From a bacterium (GTDB lineage: Bacteria; Fidelibacterota; Marinisomatia; Marinisomatales; UBA1611), in contig JAYPIC010000058.1 in the NCBI GenBank assembly GCA_038127595.1, positions 1 to 11,013 of the forward strand: DNA of 11,013 bases, read 5' to 3'. Below are positions 1 through 8,854 of this stretch, piece after piece. The notes beneath the pieces are model-generated. The model searched no databases, was not told the DNA's origin, and saw nothing but the letters and a program-made list of their open reading frames with translations. Each line of letters opens with the position of its first letter. The stretch's first letter is position 1. The position numbers and the translations under genes are program-made.

Positions 1-356
1 TATGGGGAACAAAGTATGGTTACTTTGCGATTGAACCAGATGCAGAAACAGAAAAAGGAATTACATTTTATAAACATAAAGAAACGCCAGGTTTAGGTGC
101 AGAAGTTGATAAAGATTGGTTTAAAAATAATTTCGTTGGTAAGAAATTAACCAATAAAAATGGAGAACTTGTCAGTATAGAAGTTATAAAGGGTTATGTC
201 TCTGATACAGATCCAGATGCTCCCCATAAAGTTGATGGAATTTCAGGAGCGACCATAACGGGAACAGGGTTGACAACATTCTTAAAATCTGACCTTCAGA
301 AATACGAGCCATATTTTGCCAAAGTAAGGGGTGTAAATCAAATTGAATCTCTTTAG
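1..356 (+). CDS. nqrC: Na+-translocating NADH:quinone reductase subunit C, 3' part (5' end outside window)
   Basis: Hand translation from nt 3: WGTKYGYFAIEPD...GITFYKHKETPGLGAEV...HKVDGISGATITG...QIESL*, stop TAG 354-356. It contains the ETPGLG motif and the SGAT FMN-attachment motif (Thr codon 252-254), and sits directly upstream of nqrD. Not in the ORF track. Confidence 0.95.
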   Translation, partial: WGTKYGYFAIEPDAETEKGITFYKHKETPGLGAEVDKDWFKNNFVGKKLTNKNGELVSIEVIKGYVSDTDPDAPHKVDGISGATITGTGLTTFLKSDLQKYEPYFAKVRGVNQIESL

Positions 357-972
357 TAGTAAAAATAAAAAGATTGTTAAAGATCCCTTAATGGGAGAAA
401 ATCCTATCTCCATCCATGTACTAGGAATATGTTCTGCATTGGCAATAACAACAAAAATAGATACTGCTGTTGTGATGACCATTGCTGTTGTTGCAGTTTT
501 ATCTATATCAAATGTGGTTATTTCACTTCTTCGAAATAATATTCCCAATAAGGTTAGAATTATAATTCAGATGAGTGTGATTGCTTCCCTGGTAATTATA
601 GCAGACCAAGTATTAAAAGCTTATATGTATGATATGAGCAAGCTTCTAGGTGTTTTTCTTGGGCTAATTATAACCAATTGTATAGTTCTTGGTAGAGCTG
701 AGGCTTTTGCCATGCAAAACTCTCCAAGTAAAGCTTTACTTGATGGAATGGGCAATGGTCTAGGGTACGGAGCGATTTTAATTGCTGTCGCTTTTTTCAG
801 AGAATTATTTGGCTTTGGATCCATCTACGGAGCTCAGGTATTTAGCGATCAGATCTATTTGGGCGGTTATGAAAATAATGGTTTGATGATACTTTCACCA
901 GGAGCATTTTTTATTTTAGGTTTAATTGTTTGGGCGCATAGAGCTTATACTAAAGTCATTGATAAAGATTAA
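343..972 (+). CDS. nqrD: Na+-NQR subunit D
   Basis: Hydrophobic 209 aa with LGICSALA and LIITNCIVLGRAEAFA (Fe-S ligand cysteines), DGMGNGLGY and PGAFF motifs. TTG start overlaps the nqrC end, with AGGGGT upstream as a possible RBS. Confidence 0.95.
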   Translation: MNLFSSKNKKIVKDPLMGENPISIHVLGICSALAITTKIDTAVVMTIAVVAVLSISNVVISLLRNNIPNKVRIIIQMSVIASLVIIADQVLKAYMYDMSKLLGVFLGLIITNCIVLGRAEAFAMQNSPSKALLDGMGNGLGYGAILIAVAFFRELFGFGSIYGAQVFSDQIYLGGYENNGLMILSPGAFFILGLIVWAHRAYTKVIDKD

Positions 973-974
973 AT

Positions 975-1583
975 ATGCAGCATTACGTAAACATAATTAT
1001 AAATTCAGTATTTATCGAAAATATACTATTAATATATTTTCTTGGAATGTGCTCGTTTTTATCGATCTCTAAGAAAGTTGAGACTTCAATTGGATTAGGT
1101 TTAGCAGTGATTTTTGTATTGTCCATCACTGCACCTGCAAATTGGGCAATTAATGAATACTTACTTGCAGATGGCGCGTTAAGTTGGGCTGGTTTAGGGC
1201 ACATAAATTTAGATTTTCTTCAATTTATAGTTTTCATATCAGTCATTGCTGCTATGGTTCAGTTAGTTGAGATGTTAATGGATAGATTTTCTCCAGCGCT
1301 CTACGTGAACCTCGGTATCTTTCTCCCTCTCATAACAGTGAATTGTTCAATTTTAGGAACCTCTTTGTTTTTAGTAGAAAGAGAATATGATTTAATCGAG
1401 TCTACAGTTTTTGGTTTTGGATCTGGGCTTGGATTTTTCTTGGCAATAGTTTCCTTGGCGACAGTTAGAAAAAGAATGAGATATTCTAATGTTCCCCCCA
1501 CTCTCAGAGGAGTTGGAATGGCCATGCTGCTGACTGGGTTAATATCAATGGCATTTTTGGGTTTTTCAGGTATTAGTTTGTAG
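975..1583 (+). CDS. nqrE: Na+-NQR subunit E
   Basis: 202-aa membrane protein with FLGMCSF, VQLVEM and [16 protein letters not shown]. Position between nqrD and nqrF distinguishes it from RnfA. Confidence 0.95.
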   Translation: MQHYVNIIINSVFIENILLIYFLGMCSFLSISKKVETSIGLGLAVIFVLSITAPANWAINEYLLADGALSWAGLGHINLDFLQFIVFISVIAAMVQLVEMLMDRFSPALYVNLGIFLPLITVNCSILGTSLFLVEREYDLIESTVFGFGSGLGFFLAIVSLATVRKRMRYSNVPPTLRGVGMAMLLTGLISMAFLGFSGISL

Positions 1584-1597
1584 TAAAAGGTTATTAT

Positions 1598-2827
1598 ATG
1601 GAATTTACAATAATTAGTGTTATGGTTTTTGCAAGTATAACAATGTGTTTGGTTTTACTTTTGAATCTTGCCGAAAAAAAATTACTTCCTCAAGGTGATG
1701 TCTCAATTTTAATTAATGATGAGCCAGATAAGGCTCTAAGCGTTGGAACTGGTGGTACATTACTTGGAGCATTGAGTGGTCAGAAAGTGTTCTTACCTTC
1801 TGCATGTGGCGGCGGGGGAACATGTGCAATGTGCAAGTGTCAAGTATTTGAAGGAGGAGGCGATATACTTCCAACAGAGACTAGCCATATCAGCAGGCCA
1901 GAGGCAAAAGATAATTGGCGTTTAGCATGTCAGGTTAAGGTTAAAGAAGACATGAAAATCCATGTGCCCGATGAAGTATTTAGTGTTCAAAAATGGGATT
2001 GCACTGTCAAGTCAAATACCGATGTAGCTACCTTCATAAGAGAGTTTGTTATTGAACTCCCTGAGGGTGAAAATATGAATTTTGAGGCTGGTGGGTATAT
2101 TCAAATAGATATACCAGAATACCATGGTTTAAATTTTAAAAATTTTGACATTGATAAGGAATATCATGAAGATTGGGATAAGTACAATATTTGGGGTTTA
2201 GTTGCAAATAATGATGAACCTGAATTCCGTGCATATTCTATGGCCAATCATCCTGCAGAGGGTAACAAAGTAATGTTAAATGTAAGAATTGCTACTCCCC
2301 CCCCTGCGCTGTGGAATGATGTCCCTCCAGGAAAGGCATCATCCTACATATATAGTCTAAAAGCAGGTGATCCAGTTACAATATCAGGTCCATACGGTGA
2401 ATTTTTCATTAAAGACACTGATCGTGAAATGGTATATATTGGGGGTGGTGCTGGTATGGCTCCAATGCGCTCTCATTTATTTCATTTATTTCATACACTG
2501 AAAACAGGAAGAAAAGTTTCTTTTTGGTATGGTGCTAGGTCATTAAGAGAAATGTTTTATGATGACGAATTCAAAAAAATTGCTGATGAGTTTCCTAATT
2601 TTACTTACAATGTTGCCCTATCAGAACCTATGCCTGAAGACAATTGGACTGGCCCAACTGGTTTCATTCATCAAGTAGCTCATGATAATTATTTGAGCAA
2701 ACATGAAGATCCAACTGAGATTGAATATTATATGTGTGGTCCTCCGCCAATGATCAAAGCTGTCGAGGATATGTTAGATGATTTAGGTGTTGAAAAAGAA
2801 ATGATCGCCTTTGATAGCTTTGGTTAA
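1598..2827 (+). CDS. nqrF: Na+-NQR subunit F (NADH dehydrogenase, 2Fe-2S/FAD)
   Basis: N-terminal TM anchor; [12 protein letters not shown]...RLACQ 2Fe-2S ligands; RAYSMAN FAD motif; [18 protein letters not shown] and C-terminal DSFG. AAGG RBS-like sequence upstream. Confidence 0.98.
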   Translation: MEFTIISVMVFASITMCLVLLLNLAEKKLLPQGDVSILINDEPDKALSVGTGGTLLGALSGQKVFLPSACGGGGTCAMCKCQVFEGGGDILPTETSHISRPEAKDNWRLACQVKVKEDMKIHVPDEVFSVQKWDCTVKSNTDVATFIREFVIELPEGENMNFEAGGYIQIDIPEYHGLNFKNFDIDKEYHEDWDKYNIWGLVANNDEPEFRAYSMANHPAEGNKVMLNVRIATPPPALWNDVPPGKASSYIYSLKAGDPVTISGPYGEFFIKDTDREMVYIGGGAGMAPMRSHLFHLFHTLKTGRKVSFWYGARSLREMFYDDEFKKIADEFPNFTYNVALSEPMPEDNWTGPTGFIHQVAHDNYLSKHEDPTEIEYYMCGPPPMIKAVEDMLDDLGVEKEMIAFDSFG

Positions 2828-3854
2828 AAGTGTATTAGTCAGACTATTTTTAAAAGCCCAAATTACTTTGGGCTTTTTATTTTTCAATTACTCATGTTCA
2901 AATGTTTCAATTGAAAATGTAATCTCTGGTCAAACAATGGGGACTACTTATAATGTTAAAATTATTCATTCCACAGCCATTGAAAATATTGATCAAGTCA
3001 AATTTAAAATTGATTCCATTCTTATTGACTTTAACAAACAGATGTCTACATGGATAAAAGACAGTGAAATATCAAATTTTAATAAAACATTATCTACTAA
3101 ACCATTTAAAATATCTGATGAATTCTTTTATGTCCTTGAAGAAGGTAAGGTTATAAATCAGCTTACTGATGGAGCTTTTGATTATACTGTGTTTTCACTC
3201 GTTGCAAATTGGGGATTTGGTCCGGATTCTTTAGTTATTATAGATAATCCTGAAGATGATAAAATTAAGCAAATTCTATCTTATACTGGATCAGAAAAAA
3301 TAGAGCTTGATTATCCTTTTATAAAAAAAACAAATCCTGATGTTCAGTTAGATCTTAATGCTATAGCTAAAGGTTATGCTGTTGACTTAGTTTATGGATG
3401 GCTTCAAAAAAGTGGATTTAATAATTTGTTTATTGAGATAGGAGGTGAAATTCGTTGTAGTGGTTTTAACAAAGATGGTAAAAATTGGGTTATAGGAATT
3501 GATAGTCCTATAGAAAATTCCAGCCAGCGAATTTTTACCACTGTTCAGCTTCATAATGCTTCCTTAGCTACATCTGGAAACTATAGAAATTATTTAGAGC
3601 GGGGCGGAGAAAAAATAAATCATACTATAAATCCAACAACTGGAATGCCAGTGCTGACTGATGTACTATCTGTTAGCGTTAGATCTCAAAACTGTTTGAG
3701 TGCAGATGCATGGGCTACCGCCTTAATGGTAATGACATATGAAAAGGGGAGAGAAAAGATAAATAGTATGGATAACCTTGAAGCTTTTTGGATTTTATCT
3801 GATCAGAATGGAAATCTAGATCAACGTTATACTAAAGATTTTTTTAAAAAATAG
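2811..3854 (+). CDS. apbE: FAD:protein FMN transferase (ApbE family lipoprotein); exact start uncertain (TTG 2811 or TTG 2820)
   Basis: Motifs [51 protein letters not shown] and ADAWATA. Hydrophobic stretch ending in a lipobox-like NYSC. Canonical position after nqrF. Confidence 0.93.
   Translation: MIALVKSVLVRLFLKAQITLGFLFFNYSCSNVSIENVISGQTMGTTYNVKIIHSTAIENIDQVKFKIDSILIDFNKQMSTWIKDSEISNFNKTLSTKPFKISDEFFYVLEEGKVINQLTDGAFDYTVFSLVANWGFGPDSLVIIDNPEDDKIKQILSYTGSEKIELDYPFIKKTNPDVQLDLNAIAKGYAVDLVYGWLQKSGFNNLFIEIGGEIRCSGFNKDGKNWVIGIDSPIENSSQRIFTTVQLHNASLATSGNYRNYLERGGEKINHTINPTTGMPVLTDVLSVSVRSQNCLSADAWATALMVMTYEKGREKINSMDNLEAFWILSDQNGNLDQRYTKDFFKK
2852..2884 (+). terminator. Putative intrinsic terminator downstream of nqrF, inside the apbE 5' coding region
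   Basis: Perfect inverted repeat AAAAGCCCAAA (2852-2862), loop TTAC, TTTGGGCTTTT (2867-2877), running into a T-rich tail (TATTTTT). It begins 24 nt after the nqrF stop. Confidence 0.7.
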
Positions 3855-3856
3855 GA

Positions 3857-4030
3857 TTAAACACCCTCTAAGCTATCGCACTTTTCGGTGTCTCCTCCAC
3901 ATATTGTACAACTTTCATCAGCGCCAATGCCACCACAACTTCCTTGAATTGGTTTGTCATTAAAAATTACACCTATTGATAAACCAAATATTGCAATTCC
4001 TAGTATTATTATTGATAAATAAACAGTCAT
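3857..4030 (-). CDS. nqrM: Na+-NQR maturation protein NqrM (DUF539 family), 57 aa
   Basis: Hand translation of the reverse strand: MTVYLSIIILGIAIFGLSIGVIFNDKPIQGSCGGIGADESCTICGGDTEKCDSLEGV*. One N-terminal TM helix, then KPIQGSCGG and four Cys (C32, C41, C44, C51), the DUF539/NqrM signature. Adjacent to nqrF-apbE. Not in the ORF track. Confidence 0.9.
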   Translation of the reverse strand: MTVYLSIIILGIAIFGLSIGVIFNDKPIQGSCGGIGADESCTICGGDTEKCDSLEGV

Positions 4031-4124
4031 GATATATTTAATTTACAAAAGTAAGGCTATTACTTAGCATATAGAAAATTTTGTAGATTATCAGCTGAAT
4101 TATTTATCAAATAAGGGTGTATTT
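4031..4124. promoter_or_regulatory. Divergent promoter region between nqrM and the antiporter-dxs gene run
   Basis: Only sizeable intergenic stretch, flanked by divergent starts. Plus strand has TTTACA (4042-4047), a 17-nt spacer and TAGCAT (4065-4070). Imperfect inverted repeat at 4039-4052/4077-4090. AAGGGTG RBS-like sequence before ATG 4125. Confidence 0.6.
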
Positions 4125-5555
4125 ATGTTAAGAAAATTGAGCCTTCTAATTTATTTTTTTCTACCAATTATATGTTTAGGTGCTGGCGGTGGTCACGGAG
4201 GGGACTACCATCTTGATGGCAGTTTAGCCAATATGGGAATTATATGGGTGGTTCCATTTGCAGGTATTTTATTATCGATAGCTATTTTCCCTTTAGTCTT
4301 ACCTGATTTTTGGCATCATAACTTTGGTAAAATATCGCTTTTTTGGGCCTCCATATTAATCATTCCTTTTGTCATCAAAGAAGGTATAGGTGTTACTTTA
4401 TACGAATTATTACATGTTGGCTTATTAGAGTATGTACCATTTATCATTCTCCTTTTAGCTTTATTTACGATATCAGGAGGCGTGAGACTTACTGGTGCCC
4501 TTGTTGGAACTCCTATTGTAAATCTAGCTATAATTTTAATAGGGACCTTTTTAGCAAGTTGGATGGGTACGACTGGAGCAGCGATGCTACTTATAAGGCC
4601 CTTAATTAATGCAAATAAACATCGTAAAAATATCGTTCACATCATTGTATTTTTCATTTTCTTGGTTGCAAATATTGGTGGGTCTTTGACCCCACTAGGA
4701 GATCCTCCTTTATTTCTGGGTTTTTTAAAAGGTGTTGATTTCTTTTGGACCACTACAGCAATGTTTGTCCCAATGCTAATTATGATAATTGCATTATCTA
4801 TAATTTTTTACTTTTTAGATTCTTATTATTTGAAAAAGGAAGACATCAAAGTTGAAACACCTCAGGAAAAGTTAAAATTAGGCATTGAAGGGGTATTTAA
4901 CTTAGGTTTAATTGTTGGCGTTATTGGCGCTGTTTTAATAAGTGGTTTTTGGAAGCCTCATATTAGCTTTGAGGTCTATTCTGGAGTTCACTTAGAACTT
5001 CAAAATTTGACTCGTGATATTTTACTTTTAATTCTGACCTATATTAGTTGGACATATACGCCTCAACAAATTCGTAAAGATAATGAATATACTTGGTTTC
5101 CTATCATTGAGGTAGCAAAACTTTTTGCTGGAATTTTTGTAACTATCATTCCTGCGATAGCGATACTTAAGGCTGGAACTAATGGAGCTTTAGCTGGTAT
5201 AATTAACGCCGTCTCTAGCGATAACGGTCCTGTTAATATTATGTATTTTTGGTATACAGGCGTATTATCAAGTTTCTTGGATAATGCACCAACATACTTA
5301 GTGTTTTTTAACACAGCTGGTGGTGATCCTATTACTTTAATGGGCGAGCTTAAAAATACATTGTTGGCTATTTCCGCTGGTGCAGTTTTTATGGGAGCAA
5401 ATACATATATTGGTAATGCACCAAATTTCATGGTCAAATCTATCGCAGAGTCGTCTGGCGTAGAAATGCCTAGTTTTTTTGGATACCTATTTAAATGGTC
5501 TATTCCATTTCTTGTGCCATTATTCATTATCGTAAGTTGGATATTCTTTGCATGA
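4125..5555 (+). CDS. IT-superfamily membrane transporter, putative sodium:proton antiporter (NhaD/ArsB-related, CitMHS_2-like); substrate unproven
   Basis: Multi-TM 476 aa with MGTTGAAMLLIRP, FIFLVANIGGSLTPLGDPPLFLGFLKGV, SSFLDNAPTY and GAVFMGANTYIGNAPNFMVKSIAE motifs. Confidence 0.8.
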   Translation: MLRKLSLLIYFFLPIICLGAGGGHGGDYHLDGSLANMGIIWVVPFAGILLSIAIFPLVLPDFWHHNFGKISLFWASILIIPFVIKEGIGVTLYELLHVGLLEYVPFIILLLALFTISGGVRLTGALVGTPIVNLAIILIGTFLASWMGTTGAAMLLIRPLINANKHRKNIVHIIVFFIFLVANIGGSLTPLGDPPLFLGFLKGVDFFWTTTAMFVPMLIMIIALSIIFYFLDSYYLKKEDIKVETPQEKLKLGIEGVFNLGLIVGVIGAVLISGFWKPHISFEVYSGVHLELQNLTRDILLLILTYISWTYTPQQIRKDNEYTWFPIIEVAKLFAGIFVTIIPAIAILKAGTNGALAGIINAVSSDNGPVNIMYFWYTGVLSSFLDNAPTYLVFFNTAGGDPITLMGELKNTLLAISAGAVFMGANTYIGNAPNFMVKSIAESSGVEMPSFFGYLFKWSIPFLVPLFIIVSWIFFA

Positions 5556-6097
5556 GAATTACAAAAGTAACAACAAAGACAGGAGATGGTGGTAAAACAA
5601 GTTTAGGCAACGGTCAGCGTGTCCATAAAAATCATCCAATTATTAATACCTTAGGTGAATTAGATTATCTCAATTCGATAATTGGTTGGGCAGAAGTTGA
5701 AAGTGCAAATGAAAGCTACTCTCGTGAATTAAAAAATATTCAGCAAGATATTTTTAATATTAGCGGTGATTTGTCCTTGCCAGATAGCGATGTCTCGTTG
5801 CTTAAAGAAGAGCGTATCATTCATTTAGAGAAAATGATAAAAAGTATGAATGAAAAGTTACCCCCACTTGAAGAATTCATACTCCCTGGAGGAAGTGAGC
5901 TCAATGCTAGATTGCATATTGCAAGAACAACCTGTCGAAATAGTGAAAGATCATTAGTAAGTCTTCATTTAGAGCATGATAAAAACCAAATTCATGCAAA
6001 ATACCTTAATAGGTTGTCAGATTATTTATTTCTATTAGCTAGAGATGTTGCACAAAGTGTGAATCAAAACGAGGAACACTGGGAGCTCGAAAAATGA
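5552..6097 (+). CDS. PduO-type ATP:cob(I)alamin adenosyltransferase, 181 aa
   Basis: TKTGDGGKT, EFILPGG, LHIARTTCRNSER and YLNRLSDYLF motifs. Start revised from 5495 to ATG 5552 (MRITKV), which gives an ATGA overlap with the transporter stop and puts TKTGD at the N-terminus as is typical. Confidence 0.9.
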   Translation: MRITKVTTKTGDGGKTSLGNGQRVHKNHPIINTLGELDYLNSIIGWAEVESANESYSRELKNIQQDIFNISGDLSLPDSDVSLLKEERIIHLEKMIKSMNEKLPPLEEFILPGGSELNARLHIARTTCRNSERSLVSLHLEHDKNQIHAKYLNRLSDYLFLLARDVAQSVNQNEEHWELEK

Positions 6098-7116
6098 ATT
6101 TTAATAACTCGGTTATTGATTGGAAACAAGTTGATAATGTGATTAGTTCAAGCAACCGAATTCTTCTCACAACTCACGAGAATCCAGATGGTGATGGACT
6201 TGGTTCTGAGGTTGCAATGTATCATCATTTGTGTGATGAAAAAAAAGATGTAAAAATTATCAATTGTTCTATTACACCATCGATGTTTGATTATATAAAT
6301 GAGGGTGGGTGTATTGAAACTTTTAATGAGAGCTATCATCTAGAGTGGTTAAAAAGATGTGAGTTGGTCATTGTTTTTGATGTTGGTGACTTTAACCGAA
6401 CTAGAAACGTTAAAGAAGCAGTAGAAAGATTTAACATTCCAGTCATGAACATTGACCACCACCCACACCCTGATAAAAATGATTTTTCCTACAATGTCGT
6501 AGACATCAAAGCTGCTGCCACTGGTTGTATGGTTAGAAGCTATCTTGAAGTTGCTCGATCTGCTCCGCTAAATAAAAAAATATGTGACGGAATATATACT
6601 GCGGTAATGACAGACACAGGGTGCTTTAAGTATAGTAATACCGATACGTATTGTCATTCGATTGCAATTGAGTGCTTGGAAAATGGAGTTGACACTAATT
6701 CTATTTATCAAAAAATTTATGAGAATAACTCTAAAAAAAGAGTAAGTGTTTTGGCAAATATGATTGAAAATATTTCTTATAAATTGGACGGTAAATTTGC
6801 ATGGTCTTATGTCTCTATAGAAATAATGAAAAAATATGAAGCAAGTAAAGAGGACTTAGAAGGTTTTCCTGATTTTATAAGATCAATAGAGGGGGTTGAG
6901 GTTGCTTTAATGATTTTTGAAATTGAGGATAATTTATGTAGAATGAATTTCCGTTCTAAAGGTAATATAATTGTAAACAAAATTGCTAAATCTTTTAACG
7001 GTGGAGGACATGCGTTTGCCTCTGGAGCTGTTCTTCATCAGTCGATAAGTGAAGCGAAAAAAGTTATTGTAGATAAAACTATAGAAATGATTCAAGAACA
7101 ATTGGATAATATTTAA
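6094..7116 (+). CDS. nrnA: DHH/DHHA1 phosphoesterase, bifunctional oligoribonuclease/pAp phosphatase NrnA-like
   Basis: HENPDGDGLGS, VFDVG, NIDHH, MTDTGCFKY, FRSKG and GGGHAFASG motifs. ATGA overlap with the upstream gene. Confidence 0.88.
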   Translation: MNFNNSVIDWKQVDNVISSSNRILLTTHENPDGDGLGSEVAMYHHLCDEKKDVKIINCSITPSMFDYINEGGCIETFNESYHLEWLKRCELVIVFDVGDFNRTRNVKEAVERFNIPVMNIDHHPHPDKNDFSYNVVDIKAAATGCMVRSYLEVARSAPLNKKICDGIYTAVMTDTGCFKYSNTDTYCHSIAIECLENGVDTNSIYQKIYENNSKKRVSVLANMIENISYKLDGKFAWSYVSIEIMKKYEASKEDLEGFPDFIRSIEGVEVALMIFEIEDNLCRMNFRSKGNIIVNKIAKSFNGGGHAFASGAVLHQSISEAKKVIVDKTIEMIQEQLDNI

Positions 7117-7980
7117 ATGAAAATACTTGTAGCAAAGGATGCTGGTTATTGCTTTGGTGTTAGGGATGCAGTAAATCTTGCCAAAAAGAGTGGTGATGAC
7201 TTTCAAGAGGTTTACATGTTAGGTGACATTGTTCATAATGAAACCGTCGTTGATGATTTAAATAAGAGAGGTTCTAAAGTTGTAGAGAGTTTAAATGATA
7301 TTCCTGAAGATAAGCCTGTGCTATTTCGTGCCCACGGCACTGATCCAGAAACATGGAAGAAAGCTCAAAAAAAGAAGTTAAATATCATTGATGCTACCTG
7401 CCCATTAGTTACAGAAATCCATGAAGAGATAAAAGAGTTAGAATCTGAAAATAGAAGGACTATTATTATTGGTGATCACAATCACGATGAGGTTGTAGGT
7501 ATAGCTGCCCAGGTGAAAGATCCCATCATCATTTCATGTGTTGATGAGGCTAAAGAGTTAGGAAAGATGAAGCGGGCAGGGGTTGTAAGTCAATCAACCC
7601 AAATGATTGAAAATGTCCAAGAAATATTAAATGTCCTTTCTGAAAAAGTTTATGATTTAAGATTTGTAAATACAATCTGTTTTCCTACTAGAAGAAATCA
7701 TGACCAAATTAAAAAACTATCCAATATATGTGATTTGATGATTGTTATAGGCTCCTTTACAAGTGCTAACTCAAAGCGACTTACGCAGTTATCATTAGAA
7801 AGAAATAAAAATTCTTTTCAAGTAACATGCGCTGATGATATAAACGCATCATGGTTTGATGGCATAGAAAGTGTTGGTATTTCTGCTGGAGCTTCTACGC
7901 CAGATAATTTGATAGAAGATGTAATAGCAAAAGTAAAATTATTTTCAAAAATTAAAGTTAAGGAAGAAATCTATGGGTAA
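7117..7980 (+). CDS. ispH: 4-hydroxy-3-methylbut-2-enyl diphosphate reductase
   Basis: Three 4Fe-4S cysteines ([20 protein letters not shown]), plus IVHN, RAHG, HDEV, SANS and SAGASTP. Stand-alone, with no RpsA fusion. Confidence 0.96.
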   Translation: MKILVAKDAGYCFGVRDAVNLAKKSGDDFQEVYMLGDIVHNETVVDDLNKRGSKVVESLNDIPEDKPVLFRAHGTDPETWKKAQKKKLNIIDATCPLVTEIHEEIKELESENRRTIIIGDHNHDEVVGIAAQVKDPIIISCVDEAKELGKMKRAGVVSQSTQMIENVQEILNVLSEKVYDLRFVNTICFPTRRNHDQIKKLSNICDLMIVIGSFTSANSKRLTQLSLERNKNSFQVTCADDINASWFDGIESVGISAGASTPDNLIEDVIAKVKLFSKIKVKEEIYG

Positions 7981-8854
7981 AGATCAGTTTGATGTTAAGA
8001 TCGGCCTAGCGGAAATGCTCAAAGGTGGAGTAATAATGGATGTAACAAATGTTGAAGAAGCAAAGATAGCCGAATCAGCTGGAGCATGTGCTGTTATGGC
8101 ATTAGAAAGAATACCTTCTGACATTCGAATAGATGGAGGTATTGCAAGGATGAGTGATCCAAAAATGATTGAAGAAATTCAAAAAGCAGTTTCTATTCCA
8201 GTTATGGCAAAATGCAGAATTGGTCACTTTGCAGAGGCTCAAGTTTTAGAAGCTTTAGAGGTTGATTTCATTGATGAGAGTGAAGTACTTACTCCTGCAG
8301 ATGAGCACAACCACGTTTGGAAGCATGATTTCAAGGTCCCTTTTGTTTGCGGATGTAGAAATCTTGGAGAAGCTTTAAGGAGAATTGCTGAAGGTGCTGC
8401 CCTCATTAGAACGAAAGGAGAAGCTGGAAGCGGAAACATTGTCGAGGCGGTAAGGCATATGAGAACAGTAATGAATGACATTGCCATATTGAAAAGTATG
8501 AGTAAAGAGCAGCTTGTTGCTGAGGCAAAAAATATGGGTGCACCACTAGATTTAGTTATGCAAGTTTCTGAAACTGGGAAATTACCTGTTCCTAATTTTG
8601 CTGCCGGTGGTATAGCCACCCCTGCAGACGCTGCATTAATGATGCAGCTTGGGGCTGAAACTGTGTTTGTTGGTTCTGGTATTTTTAAAAGTGAGGACCC
8701 AGAAGCTCGTGGAAAGGCTGTAGTAGAGGCAACTACAAATTATAAAGATGCTAGTAAAGTATTAGAAGCAAGTAGGGGATTAAAATCTGCTATGAAAGGT
8801 TTAGATATGTCAGAAATCCCTGAGGGTGAAAGATTACAGGAGCGGGGCTGGTGA
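7973..8854 (+). CDS. pdxS: Pyridoxal 5'-phosphate synthase lyase subunit
   Basis: [65 protein letters not shown] and C-terminal QERGW. Confidence 0.98.
   Translation: MGKDQFDVKIGLAEMLKGGVIMDVTNVEEAKIAESAGACAVMALERIPSDIRIDGGIARMSDPKMIEEIQKAVSIPVMAKCRIGHFAEAQVLEALEVDFIDESEVLTPADEHNHVWKHDFKVPFVCGCRNLGEALRRIAEGAALIRTKGEAGSGNIVEAVRHMRTVMNDIAILKSMSKEQLVAEAKNMGAPLDLVMQVSETGKLPVPNFAAGGIATPADAALMMQLGAETVFVGSGIFKSEDPEARGKAVVEATTNYKDASKVLEASRGLKSAMKGLDMSEIPEGERLQERGW

Noticed and set aside
282..1525. Minus-strand ORFs 282-548, 621-824, 983-1204 and 1301-1525
   Set aside because: Antisense shadows of well-conserved nqrC/D/E, with no recognisable motifs.
343..1583. Rnf (rnfE/rnfA) assignment for the two membrane subunits
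   Set aside because: The C-D-E-F order, followed by an unmistakable NqrF, apbE and nqrM, identifies Na+-NQR.
2297..2304. C8 homopolymer in nqrF as a possible phase-variation tract
   Set aside because: It encodes the conserved RIATPPP motif in frame, in a core respiratory gene.
2836..2846. Short palindrome TAGTC-A-GACTA just upstream of the hairpin
   Set aside because: Only 5-bp arms around a 1-nt centre. It cannot fold stably and is expected by chance.
4343..5527. Alternative-frame ORF 4343-4609 (+) and antisense ORF 5063-5527 (-)
   Set aside because: Both lie fully inside the transporter gene and show no family motifs. The Cys/aromatic richness is expected from off-frame reading of TM-coding DNA.
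5495..5551. ORF-track start at 5495 for the adenosyltransferase
   Set aside because: It would overlap the transporter by 61 bp. ATG 5552 gives a standard ATGA coupling and a family-typical N-terminus.
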